DNA from: Massalongia carnosa
Taxonomy: Eukaryota
Length of the DNA: 64,000 nt
Direction: 5' to 3'
Assembly (NCBI GenBank): GCA_965645245.1
Contig: OZ287077.1
Coordinates: forward strand, 186,001-250,000
Of this stretch, positions 49,401 through 62,100 are shown piece by piece; positions within the stretch are counted from its first letter, which is position 1; the number at the start of each line of letters is the position of its first letter. The position numbers and the translations under genes are program-made. A model generated the notes under the pieces. That model saw only the letters and a program-made list of their open reading frames with translations, did not search any database and was not told where the DNA came from.

Positions 49401-52400
49401 TGTCAGAAATGACAGAGTGAGTATTATGATACCCCTCTTAGCAGACACAAACACCCAGGACTATGATATCATTGCAATACAGGAGCCGTGGCGCAACCCA
49501 TCCGCCCCCACATCGCTCAGTTCACATCAAAGTGGCTTTCACCTTATGTACCGTCCAGGAGGCGACACCAGAGTGTGCTTCTATATCAACGATTCAATAG
49601 ACACTGACAGCTGGGAAGTAGAATTTCCCTCGGCCGACATGTGCACGCTAAAAATAGAAACATGCACCGAAGGCGTAGCGGAGGTGATCCATATACACAA
49701 CGTATACGATCCCTCCCCTGCCTCCTATTCGTCCACTGACAGCCCCTCCACTCTATCGACCGCTCGGAGCATGCTAACCCAAGGCGTGCATCATATCCTG
49801 CTTGGTGATTTCAATCCGCATCATCCATTTTGGAACGGTCCTTCAAGACCCACACAACATGCTGCAGCTGATCAATTGTTAGATATCATCGATGAATTCA
49901 ATCTCTCGCTAACATTGCCGAAAGGCACCGTAACATGGGAAGCAAGAAACACGTTTAGCACGATCGATCTAGTTTTCATGTCAGAATATCTAGTTGAAAG
50001 ACTTGAACACTGCATGACCAGACCAGGATTAAATCAATCGTCCGAGCACGTACCGATATCAGCCCGCATCCTACTCGGTAGTGAGTCGAAACCAAAAAGT
50101 AAACGCAGGGCATGGAAACTTCTGAATTTGGAAAAATTAAGGGAAGCCGAGCGCCACGCACCTCCACCGACGTCTCCCTGCACACCTGCCGAGATCGATA
50201 CGTACACAGAATCGATTCAAAAATTCCTACGAAATGTCATCAATGCAGCCGTTCCATGGGCGAAACCTAGCGAATATGCTAAGCCTTTCTAGACAGAAGC
50301 TAGTTCGTGTCAATCTCGTTATATTGCTACTAAGTATGTTTGGGCTATTGCTCACAGCCCCCGGCCTCGAGAGGGGGACTCGATAAGGGCCTTGCTGTCT
50401 ACTAATGTAAGACCCTCTCGCAGGCCTTGGGCTGTGAACAGACTCCCTCTATCTAAGCGACAGAAGAACTGGAGTGGGTGGGTGGGAAAGAAAACGTTGC
50501 AAACAGTGCTATCAAAATGCTATGCTTTTTGATTGTCTTGAGATGTGAGATGATGAGGGATACCGTCTGGGACCTCCTCTTTATATATCTTCTTCCTATT
50601 CTCCTTGTCCTACTCTACCATCCCAGTATGCCCCATCAACGCGGCCCATAGCAAGGCATACACAAATCCGAAACCTAACTGTCGTCCGAAGGATCGATGC
50701 GGTGCTAAGATCTCTATGCCGTGCTGAGACATCCTTATGGTGCTGAGACATCTATGCCGTCCGAGAGATCCATGCGGTGCCGAAATCAAAGCGGGAGCTG
50801 TCTCGATTAACGACGCACTAGCTCTCAGCATAGCCGAACTAGAATGCAATATTGCCACCAAAGCCACACGAAAATTACGCCGCATATGGTCTGACACACG
50901 AGATCCAGCGGACTGGTCCAACTACATGAAATCTAATGACAAGAAACAGAAAATTATCCAAAAAGCAAAGAGGACAAATTTTCGTCAAGAGATCAGTAAG
51001 GCTACCGAAACGCCTCAGGGTCTGTGGCGGCTAGCGAAATGGGCCAAAGACAAAAGTCATTCAGCTAGAGAAGTACCCAAAATGCCGACTTCAAAGTTCA
51101 ATGATCAAATAGTAGACACGTTTGATGAGAAAGTCGAAATGCTGAAAAGCATTTTCTTTCCCGCACCACCACCGGTCGACTTAAGCGATATAGAAGGATC
51201 CTTCTATCCAGCATCGCCGCACTGTTCAATGATCATCACCAGGTCAGAAGTGTCGAAGGCCCTGCATCGGCTCAAGCCCGATAAAGCACCAGATCCTGAC
51301 GGCATATCTAATAGAGTACTCAAGGCATGCGCGGAAAAACTTATTGAACTATTAACACCTCTGTTTCAGGCGTGCGTTACACTTTCGTACCATCCCCGAG
51401 CCTTCAAAATGGCAAACAAAATAGCATTAAGAAAAATAGACAAAGGGAATTACACCACTCCAAAGGCTTACCGACCAATTGCATTACTCAACACGCTCAG
51501 CAAAGTAATGGAATCTATCATAGGATCAAAAATAACCTATTTAGCGGAAACACATCGGCTCCTACCCGACACACAGATGGGAGCGAGAAAGGGCAGATCT
51601 ACAGAATCAGCTCTGGAGTTGTTAACCGAACAGATTCACACGATTTGGGGACAAGGAAAAGATAAAGTAGCCACACTTTTAAGCATGGTCGTCGCCGGCG
51701 CGTTTGATACAGTTTCACATCAAAGACTAACGCACAATCTACGTAAAAGAAAAATCCCGAAATGGATTACTGATTAGTTAAACAGCTTTTTAAATGATCG
51801 TAGCACAACTCTAGCTATAAATCGAAAAGCGACCGGACGATTCGCGGTGAGAACTGGCATACCACAGGGCTCCCCTCTCTCATCCATCCTTTATCTATTC
51901 TATAATGCAGACCTATTGGAAATATGTGAGCGACCAGGCACAAACACAAGTGGCATAGGATTTGTAGACGATGCCAACATTTTGGCATACGGAAAAAGCA
52001 CCGAAGAGAATTGCAAGACTCTGGAGTCAATACACAGACAATGCAAAAAGTGGACTTCCCGACACGGATCTCTATTCGCTCCGACGAAGTACGAACTCAT
52101 TCACTTGTCTAGAAATCCCAAAAGATTCAATATGGCTGCATCTATCAACATTGCAAGCACCGAAATTGAACCAAAAACGGACATTAGAGTCTTAGGCTTG
52201 CAAATTGACACCGAATTGAAATGGGGACCGCACGTTCGCAAAACGCAAAAGAAAATGGTTAAACAATCCATGGCATTGACAAAAATCTCCACATCGACTT
52301 CGGGTGCCACCTTCACCAAAGCAAGGCAAGTTTACAGCGCCGTAGTGCGTCCGGTCATGACATACGGGTCAACCGTATGGCACATGCCCAAAGAAGTCAA

Positions 52401-53264
52401 AAAGTCAAAAACGTCAACGAGCAAGCTCTCCGTTATGCAAAACCACTGCCTTCGCACCATAGCCGGTGCCTTTAAAGCCACTCCCATTCCAGTTCTTGAA
52501 GCAGAGACATACATAGCACCCATAGATGTACACCTCGACACGCTACAGGAGCAGGCCAGACATCGACTCCGAGCCGGAGGTCAATCGAAGGTCATTTCTT
52601 CCGCATGCAGCAAAATAGTTAACAAACTTCAAGGCAAGGCAGGTCGCAAACGCCTTCAAAAATCCACTCCGGGAGAGCTGAAGCACACCTGGGCCAAAAA
52701 CCTACTGCTCGACGCAAAAATCGTTCAACCACCCAAAGCACACCCACCATGGTCCGACCCCTCCCCAGCGCATCTCCGCGAAGTCTCCGTAGCAGTGTTG
52801 GCTCGTCAAAAACATATGCAGACAATTAAAGCACGACAGCTGAAAGTCTGGAACGACTCGTGGAGCGCATATCAAAATCGCGTCACCGAACCCTCCATAG
52901 CGCAATCAGTCCCACTGAGCAAAAAACGACTGAAAATACACACGCTGCTAAAAAAGGCAGAAAACGCCCTGACAACACAGATCCGCACCGGTAAGATCGG
53001 TCTAGCTGACTTCCTCTACCAGCGACGGGTCCCCGCCGTCACCTCACCGGCCTGCCCATGTGGCTGGCACAGACAAACTCCAGAACATGTAATTATGTTC
53101 TGTAGACTTATTGACAATAGAGAATAGATATTTTTCGCCGCTGGCACGAACAACTATCAACAACTGACCGAAACATCAAAAACTCTAAAGATATTAACTA
53201 CTGGCTAATGAAAACAGGTCTACTGACCCAATTCTCACTGGCATCTACGCTATTGTACAATTAA
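49363..53264 (+). pseudogene. LINE 2 ORF2 (APE, RT, zinc finger) with stops and a 543-bp insertion
   Basis: IQEPW, GDFN, YRPIALL, QGSPLS, FVDD, CPCG...H...C. TAG stops at 50290, 51775 and 53125. Confidence 0.9.
50300..50842 (-). mobile_element. 543-bp non-coding insertion with 8-bp TIRs CTAGTTCG/CGAACTAG and no TSD
   Basis: Precise removal restores LINE codons aca gaa gaa tgc (TEEC). Confidence 0.8.
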
Positions 53265-53659
53265 CAGTAGTTTCACTTCTCTTTTCCTTCTTATCTCACA
53301 AGGCGTCACAGTTCTCACATGATTTTCGCTCTGCGTCTCCTGTCCGACGTCGACCTGGTGTCACATCGGACAGGTATCAAGGGATATGGTTTTTACACCT
53401 GAAAAAGGTTTTCCATGTAACATAACTTAGATAGCTTTGCCCGCATGGGCCGGCCTACGGCCGGTGACATATCGGAGTATGAATACATCATCATCATCAT
53501 CTCTAGCTAAATATCTATTTTATCTTATCCCATCACCTTTTGTGTGTACTCGGTAGCCAGCCATTCACTAATTGCAACACTTGCTAACCGAGTGACACTT
53601 CTATTAGTGGTGATATTGGCAGGCCACCTACCAATTAGTGTGGTCTAATCGGTTAACTT

Positions 53660-54047
53660 TCCCTGTCCAGTTCTTCCCTACAGGCCCTCCTATCACCTCC
53701 TCCGCTAGGTTTCGTACAATTCTGGCGGTTGGGGGCAGTCCACGATCGACAAGGCGATTGATTTGCTGAATTAAGGCCTCTTCCTGGGCCAAGGTAAGTC
53801 GTTGCTTGTATTTTGACGTGGCTGCCTTTTGGGACACCGTTTGGCCTTTCCAGCGCCTCCGGAGGGTACTTTCGAATAGGCTAAACCTTTTAGCTGTCCC
53901 TCTGAGGTTAGGCTGATCTTGCTGATTCAGATCAGCAATTGCGAGCTCGATACGAGCGTTGAGGGTGGATTTATTCATGTTTGAAAGTAATGGTTGAAAA
54001 GTGAGAAGATGCGGCATTTCGTCGGGTGCGGCATTTCCTCGGGAAAT
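53660..54047 (-). pseudogene. pogo/Fot1-like transposase N-terminal fragment
   Basis: HTH-psq/CENP-B-like STLRRR...LTLAQEEAL...GLPPT...VGKNW; repeated gcggcatttc end motifs. Confidence 0.8.
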
Positions 54048-54059
54048 CTTCTAGATGCT

Positions 54060-55647
54060 TTCTGGCATTTTGACATCTGGCACCACTAAGTTTTTGCTTC
54101 AACGTACGCTCTAAATGGGTGCGACAAAGAAAATATGAAACCTCCATCTTCCCTACTATCAGGCCTTAAAAGGCAAGGCTAACGCCTCGTTGCTCGGCTG
54201 CAGAATCATCGGTGATAATGTAACGAAGCCTCCATGCCCTAGACCATTGTTTGATTTGACGAAGAAATTCTCCAATGATATCACCGTCTTCGTTGCTAGC
54301 TAGCATATGAGCTCAAGGAATCCAGCTTCCATATTCGTCACGAATCATCAGGGTAAATAATTTCCATTTCGGTTGATTAGTATTATGAGTGCTATCCATC
54401 AAAGTCAAATGACCACGTTTTATCAAAATTTTCAATCTAGACCTTTTTGCAAATGCTCTAGCGTATGATTTTTCTCCATCAACTGCACGACTTATTTCAA
54501 GCTTTGCAGCTAAAACGTCTTCGCCCAATACTTGCAAAGCATCAAAACAATCCTTCAATTGATCAACCCAGGCCTCTTTAGCCCCCAATACTCGTGATCA
54601 GGATGCGCTTTTTTGAAATCAATGCTAGCATTGTGAACGGCCTTGAGGTTAAAATGCGAGCCCCCTGCGTCTTTCAAAGTTTCAGAATTTCCCAGCCATT
54701 TGATGCCTTGCATATTTCGATTGACGACGGCCGGGGTGTATCTATTTGCCACCTCTTTGCTACAGTGAGTTTGATTGCGGAGTTGATTTTGATACCATCT
54801 AAATATTCCAAAGTATGATTGTGCTCCTGCTGATCAAGCTTTTTTTCTGCATATGCATATAACCTCACCGTTAGCAGATTATCTGCATCATCAAATTTTT
54901 TCAACATAGCTAATTTTTTGCTGCAGGAAGAAGTTATTCTTAGAAGTTTAGCTCGAATTCCATGTCCCTCGGATTTTTTTTCGACGTCATTTTTCCATAG
55001 CCTACAGTACCAATAGAATTTTTGAATCCGTTTCTTCGTCATCGCCCCTGTATGATTATGTACCTAGATGTTGTCCACAAACGGCCAGAATTGTGCATAT
55101 TCATCCGCCGTCCAAATCAGCTCTGCATGCAGCTGAAATGCTTGTTGACGAATCAATAACAGATTGAGTGGAAGAGACAACAAGGTGGAAAGCGGAAGCG
55201 GAGCGGAGGAAGCTAGTCCTCGGGCGACAGTTGTGACGAAGCGAGATAGTGAATAGATTTCTACCATTGCGCCACCTGTCCTTCCCGACCAAAAAGGCAC
55301 AATACTTAGTCCGCAGACCAAGCTCTATTCTACTATAACTGGGACTCCTGCTATGTTCGCTGTAGGTCCTGCCGTCCGCACCACGCTTGGTCGAACCGTT
55401 ACACAGTTGACTATTGACGTCTCGATTGATGGCGTCTTGACTATCAATGTCGCTTTCGGATTTGGTGGTATCGAAATATGAAGACATGTTGAATAACTTC
55501 AAAAGTTGGAGACAGCGAGGTATGATTATTGAAGACGGTGAGATGGGGGAGACGCGTCCCATGTTTACATCAATATTTAGTTTTAGCCCTTAGGAGGTTA
55601 GGGGGCTGACTAATTATGCAGCGAGGAGCTGAGGTTTAGAAGTCCCC
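54060..55647 (-). mobile_element. MULE/Mutator transposon remnant with frameshifted transposase
   Basis: LMDSTHNTN...LFTLMIRDEYG and IITDDSAAEQRGV motifs; putative terminus GGGGACTTCTAAACC at 55647. Confidence 0.75.
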
Positions 55648-55712
55648 GGCGCCGAGGGAAGCGTCACGTGATTCATCGTTTCATGGAGGCCTCCGTAGGG
55701 ACGGTGGAATAT

Positions 55713-57879
55713 CCCTCTCGCTGTCATTCTAGCACCCCCTTCCCAAGCTAATCTATATTGGACTAGCTTCCGCACCGATGAGTCATCAGAACATTAGTTT
55801 TCTCTAGAGTGTTTGCGCGTTTGTTTACTTTTCAAAGAATACTATTCGGTCATTCAATCAAAATAAATCACATAAATTACTATTCTTCTAGCTTCGGAAT
55901 TGATATTATAAGTATGACGCTCAATGAAGAAGAAATCCCGAGTGTATCAGACAAATCTCCAATTTCAGCGAAGCAACATAAAATAAATCGCAAAAGAAGT
56001 GTTCGGGATATTTTAATCGACCTTCCCCCTATTTCCTCAAAATATACCCCCATTCGGGTTGAAAACAGGCCTTTTGTTCCGCTCGTTGAAAACGATTCTC
56101 GAAATCCTTTGGGATTATTTCGGTTATTTATAACAAGGCAGCATTGTCGTATCATCGCAAATCATACCAATATCAAGGCAAATAACTACATGGAAAAGGA
56201 GAAGGAGAACAATCATCGGGTTTGGACTGACACTACTGACTCGGAAATTGATGTTTTTTTGGGCATATTAATTCTTATGGGACTCGATCATCTACCTGCT
56301 ACAGAGGATTATTGGAATCAACGTCCTGACAAACCAGTTATCATGCCTATTCTGTCCGCGATGTCGCTTGGTCGATTTCAACAAATCAAACGATTTTTGA
56401 AAATCAATAATGGACAGACTGAGCCTATCGGACTTGGTCAAGGACCTGATTGGTGGAAGAAACTGGAACCGTTGGCTACTGATTTCCGAAAGACTTCATT
56501 GAAACATTGCAGACCAGGAAGTATGATATCTATAGATGAACAGCTGGTGTTATTCAAGGGCCGTTCTCGACATACCTTGCAGATTACTACAAAAAGTGCC
56601 CATAAAGGATTTAAAATCTACAGTCTCTGTCAGGATAATTATCTGTTGTCATTTATGTTTGCCTCGAAGAGTAGCAGAATAAGTGAATTGAAAACAGTCA
56701 GACAATTGGGATTTTTGCCAAAAGATAAACTAACTCCTAGTGCTTTGCTAGTGATTCAGTTATGTAAAGAACTTCCATCCTCACTGAATTATCATCTTTT
56801 CTGTGATAATTTCTTTACTAGTACGAAATTATTCAAGGCACTTCGATCAATCGGAATAGCTGCCAGTGGAACTGCTAAAAAGGGCTCGGGCTTTCCAGAA
56901 GAATTGTTGGCCATACGGGACGTCACTTCAAAAGGAAAAGACTGGGGTCTTCAGGCCCATATGGTGGTCGACGATAAGGTGCTTTGTATGGGCTGGGTGG
57001 ATAATAATGGTGTGCAGTACATGACCACCGGTCATTCTCCTCAGGACTTGTACGAAATGCACTATATAAATCCGCACAAGAGATATGGAATTCCCGAGAC
57101 CTCTCTTCAACCTATTGTATCGTATTTCCCATCAACTCTGGCTCACTCCATTCCCTTGCTCAATCAAGAGGTTCAACGGCCCTTAGGATTACCGATACCA
57201 GCCCTAATCAAAGAATATAATCTTCATATGGGGGGATCGGATGGAAACGCTCAGCAACGAGCGATTTACTCATACAATCGTCGAACGGATCGTTACTGGT
57301 GGCCTTTGTTCATTTTTATTTTAGATGCAGCCGGATTGAATGCCTATAAACTTTACTCGCTGAACTCTTTCGATTCCGAGGAGATAAATTTACTCGTTCT
57401 GAATTTCTTCGTCGGATTGCTCTTGAACTGATATCAAATCAAGCGGGCATCAGGCCCGGCTCATCAAAGATAAGCATCAATACCACGATTGATGCTTTAG
57501 TACCATCTCCCATTCATCATTACGTTCGTCTTGAAGGCAGAAAAAGATGTGTGCAATGTAACGCCGAGAAAAAACGACCTTCAAAGCGGAAGGGAGAGCC
57601 ACTGGCTGAAATAAGTGTCGATGGGCGTAAAAGAAGGCGAAGGGGTGCTCAGACTATATGGGCTTGTGGAGGATGTAATCCAATCAGGCCCTGCTGTAAG
57701 AAAGCCAGCTGTTGGGAAGCTATTCATATGATAGGGGACGAGTAAATAGGTATCTGATACTCCGTACAACTTCTTGTGAATAGGAATAACATTGATTGGT
57801 CAAAAGTTTAAGGTTTAGCGCTTTCTAACCAACAATGGTTTAGCTTGGGGGGGGGGGTGCTAGAATGACAGCGAGAGGG
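55713..57879 (+). mobile_element. piggyBac-superfamily transposon with ATAT TSD
   Basis: About 38-bp TIRs beginning ccctctcgctgtcattctagcacccc; ATAT at 55709-55712 and 57880-57883. Confidence 0.93.
55914..57745 (+). pseudogene. piggyBac DDD transposase; a frameshift near 57385 separates the Cys-rich tail
   Basis: SIDEQL..FKGR, CDNFFTS, YN.HMGGSD; Cys/His-rich C-terminal domain in a second frame. Confidence 0.88.
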
Positions 57880-58749
57880 ATATGAGATGGTTCTATGTCA
57901 CGTGAGGCCCCTGAGTCAAAGTAAATTAAGAATCACCCTCTTCAAATTTGAACCTCAGTTTTCAAAAAGGCATCCCTCTGGCAGTCCCACGTGCTGTCGT
58001 CGCCGAGACGAATCCTACAAACTCCTACCCCTACTCAATTGGGCATTCCATTGGGCGTACAGGTCAACCAGGGCATCGATCCGGAGCGCCGCCGGGCACC
58101 TCCATCTAGATCATCGCCGTCGGGCACTGCCGTCGGGCATCATCTATCGGATCGTTGAGCGTCAGCAGACGCCTCGGGCCTAGAAGATGAGGTTCTCACC
58201 TCAGCACCGACCCCGAGTCACATGCCTAGGCCTGCCCGGGCTGACCTGTATCGTTCCCATGCCCAATCAAATTCAAGCATTCAAATCAATTCATCCAATT
58301 AAAAGCCACCCCCAGCGCAAGCGAAGGTAACGGCACCGATAAGGGTCATAGAACTGTTAGGGACCAGATTTACTTAAGCGGCGTACATGTCATCTGGGGG
58401 GGTACGGTGGAATAATATTCAAGGGTAGGGTGTCATTTCGCGCCCTGGGCCGATTTACTTGATTCGAGTGGCCAGTGATAGCCCGGGTTCGAAATATTAA
58501 CATATGTCGGAAGGAAAGAAATTCGATCATATTGTGATTTTATAAAAATCGCGGCGTAAAGGGTGTTGGAGGAGCTTATGAGCGGCGAAAGTACAGGAAC
58601 ACGCCGCCGCTCAACATCAGCAGATGATGAGTACCGCGAGACATATTGTATATATAAATTGTAGAGTTTCATTCGGCAATTCCGAATCTACAAGAAGTAA
58701 CGGTGTCGCATTAATACGAAGTAGTAAATTCAATAAAACAACTCGGCTT

Positions 58750-59129
58750 TATTGAACATGAGATCTATGAAATATAAATTCACTTTGTAGGTATAGTAGC
58801 ATGATTGTCATTGAAGGTATGGATTATATGTGAGCTATCTACTTCATTATATAGCAGTCACATTGGAGACCTTTCGGCGACCCTTTTCATAAGGAGTCAG
58901 CCGGTCCACTGAATCTCGGTCCCCGGAGGTCACCTCAGTCCCCGTGGTAGAGTCGCCGAAGATAAGCACTAGATGAATGCCCATGATGGTAGTCCTTACC
59001 ATCTGACACAGACCTTGTCCCCCTGACGGTCAGAGCTTGTTCCTATCTCTGCTTGTTTAGGCACTTTGCAAGGCACCTCCCGAGGCTCATGATGGATGCC
59101 CATGATGATGGTGGCCTCATCATCTAACA
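58750..59129 (-). mobile_element. Orphan LTR of the 15192/35019 LTR family
   Basis: Minus strand begins tgttagatgatgagg. Contains gtgactgctata...gtagatagc.cacata...ccttcaatgacaatcatgcta shared with 15536-15610. Confidence 0.75.
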
Positions 59130-59198
59130 TCTACCAAGATCCCGCTTGCGCGGATAAGTGAGAATCCACATATCATGAGGATATCATGAATTTACTTA

Positions 59199-62100
59199 CT
59201 AAATTGTTGCTGCTATTGGCTCGATATTCCTTCCTGTCAATGCCCGCAGATACATCTCTTCGGCCTTGTTCATCTTGCATTGATTTATATACAGAATTCC
59301 TAGATTTATGACTGTGGCGAGCGTTGATGTGTGATCAGGACCCCAGGCCTTTTCGTATCCTGTCAATGCCCGCAGATACATCTCTTCGGCCTCGTTCATC
59401 TTGCCTTGATTTATATACAGAAATTGTTGACTGTGTTGAGCGTTGATGTGTGATCAGAACCCCAGGCCTTTTTGTATCCTGTCAATGCCCGCAAATACAG
59501 CTCTTCGGCCTCGTTCAACTTGCCTTGATCTTTATACAGATTTCCTAGAATGTTGACTGTGGCGAGCGTTGATGTGAGATCAGGACCCTAGGCCTTTTCC
59601 TTTCCTGTCAATGCCCGCAGATACATCTCTTCGGCCTCGTTCATCTTGCCTTGATTTATATACAGAACTCCTAGATTGTTGACTGTGTCGAGCGTTGATG
59701 TGTGATCAGGACCCCAGGCCTTTTTGTATCCTGTCAATGCCCGCAAATACAGCTCTTCGGCCTCGTTCAACTTGCCTTGATCTTTATACAGATTTCCTAG
59801 ATTGTTGACTGTGGCGAGCGTTGATGTGAGATCAGGACCCCAGGCCTTTTCCTTTCCTGTCAATGCCCGCAGATACATCTCTTCGGCCTCGTTCATCTTG
59901 CCTTGATTTCTATACAAAATTCCTAGATTGTTGACTGTGTCGAGCGTTGATGTGTGATCAGGACCCCAGGCCTTTTCCTTTCCTGTCAATGCCCGCAGAT
60001 ACATCTCTTCGGCCTCGTTCATCTTGCCTTGATTTGCATACAAAAGCCCTAGATTGTTGACTGTGTTGAGCCTTGATGTGTGATCAGGACCCCGGGCCTT
60101 TTCGTATCCTGTCAATGCCCGCAGATACATCTCTTCGGCCTCGTTCATCTTGCCTTGATTTATATACAGAATTCCTAGATTGTTGACTGTGTCGAGCGTT
60201 GATGTGTGATCAGGACCCCAGGCCTTTTCCTTTCCTGTCAATGCCCGCAGATACATCTCTTCGGCCTCGTTCATCTTGCCTTGATTTATTTATATACAGA
60301 ATTCCTAGATTGTGGACTGTGTCGAGCGTTGATGTGTGATCAGGACCCCGCCTTTTCCTTTCCTGTCAATGCCCGCAGATACATCTCTTCGGCCTCGTTC
60401 ATCTTGCCTTGATTTATATACAGAACTCCTAGATAGTTGACTGTGTCGAGCGTTGATGTGTGATCAGGACCCCAGGCCTTTTTGTATCCTGTCAATGCCC
60501 GCAAATACAGCTCTTCGGCCTCGTTCAACTTCCCTTGATCTTTATACAAAAGTCCTAGATTGTTGACTGTTGTGAGCGTTGATGTGTGATCTGGACCCTA
60601 GGCCTTTTCGTATCCCGTCAATGCCCGCAGATACATCTCTTCGGCCTCGTTCATCTTGCCTTGATTTATATACAACTTTCCTAGATTGTTGACAGTGCTG
60701 AGCGTTGATGTGTGATCAGAACCCCAGGCCTTTTCGTATCCTGTCAATGCCCGCAGATATATCTCTTCGGCCTCGTTCATCTTGCCTTGATTTATATACA
60801 GATTTCCTAGATTGTTGACTGTGGCGAGCGTTGATGTGTGATCAGGACCCTAGGCCTTTTCGTATCCCGTCAATGCCCGCAGATACATCTCTTCGGCCTC
60901 GTTCATCTTGCCTTGATTTATATACAACTTTCCTAGATTGTTGACAGTGCTGAGCGTTGATGTGTGATCAGAACCCCAGGCCTTTTCGTATCCTGTCAAT
61001 GCCCGCAGATATATCTCTTCGGCCTCGTTCATCTTGCCTTGATTTATATACAGATTTCCTAGATTGTTGACTGTGGCGAGCGTTGATGTGTGATCAGGAC
61101 CCTAGGCCTTTTCGTATCCCGTCAATGCCCGCAGATACATCTCTTCGGCCTCGTTCATCTTGCCTTGATTTATATACAACTTTCCTAGATTGTTGACAGT
61201 GCTGAGCGTTGATGTGTGATCAGAACCCCAGGCCTTTTCGTATCCTGTCAATGCCCGCAGATATATCTCTTCGGCCTCGTTCATCTTGCCTTGATTTATA
61301 TACAGATTTCCTAGATTGTTGACTGTGGCGAGCGTTGATGTGTGATCAGGACCCCGCCTTTTCCTTTCCTGTCAATGCCCGCAGATACATCTCTTCGGCC
61401 TCGTTCATCTTGCCTTGATTTATATACAGATTTCCTAGATTGTTGACTGTGGCGAGCGTTGATGTGAGATCAGGACCCCTGGCCTTTTCCTTTCCTGTCA
61501 ATGCCCGCAGATACATCTCTTCAGCCTCGTTCATCTTGCCTTGCTCTGCATACAAAAGCCCTATATTGTTGACTGTGTTGAGCGTTGATGTGTGATCAGG
61601 ACCCCAGGCCTTTTCGTATCCTGTCAATGCCCGCAGATACATCTCTTCCGCCTCTTTCAGCTTGCCTTGTTCTTTTGAAAATCAGCCAATAGCATGATAT
61701 GAAAAATATAATACCTATTCCCATTTCATATTCCTTTCGAGGTTATGAGGTTTTTTTCCAATCCAGAAGTGAACATAAGTACAATGACCAGCCAGTCGTT
61801 TTCGATGCAGCCAGTTTGCTGAACTGTCAGTGGAATGACATGCGGAACCGATTACAGAAACTGCAAAAGAAGCTATCTCGTCGTTAGAGGTTAGATTCAA
61901 GTGAAAACACCAGTCATGTATAATTGGATGAATCGCATAAGATGAGATCTCATATCGTGTTTCTATCAAGGAGTAATCCAGCAGTATTTGAATCTTCTGT
62001 GTAAATTCAAATTCCGTCTTCATGCTACATGAAAACCAGATAGGTAATGTCTCTTTTAGGATAATACTCTCGTCAAGTACAGGTGCGAATAAAGAATACC

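Larger units (their letters stand above)
47515..53500 (+). mobile_element. Tad-like LINE without evident RNase H (LINE 2); 5' boundary approximate
   Basis: ORF1 plus ORF2, 3' hairpin and (CAT)n tail at 53486-53500. Confidence 0.9.

Noticed and set aside
57884..58740. Possible transposon ends or small ORFs
   Set aside because: TIR-like strings near 58367-58430 have no partner or TSD in the window.
59230..61680. CRISPR or satellite interpretation of the 126-bp repeats
   Set aside because: The repeats encode TPR units downstream of an NB-ARC domain.
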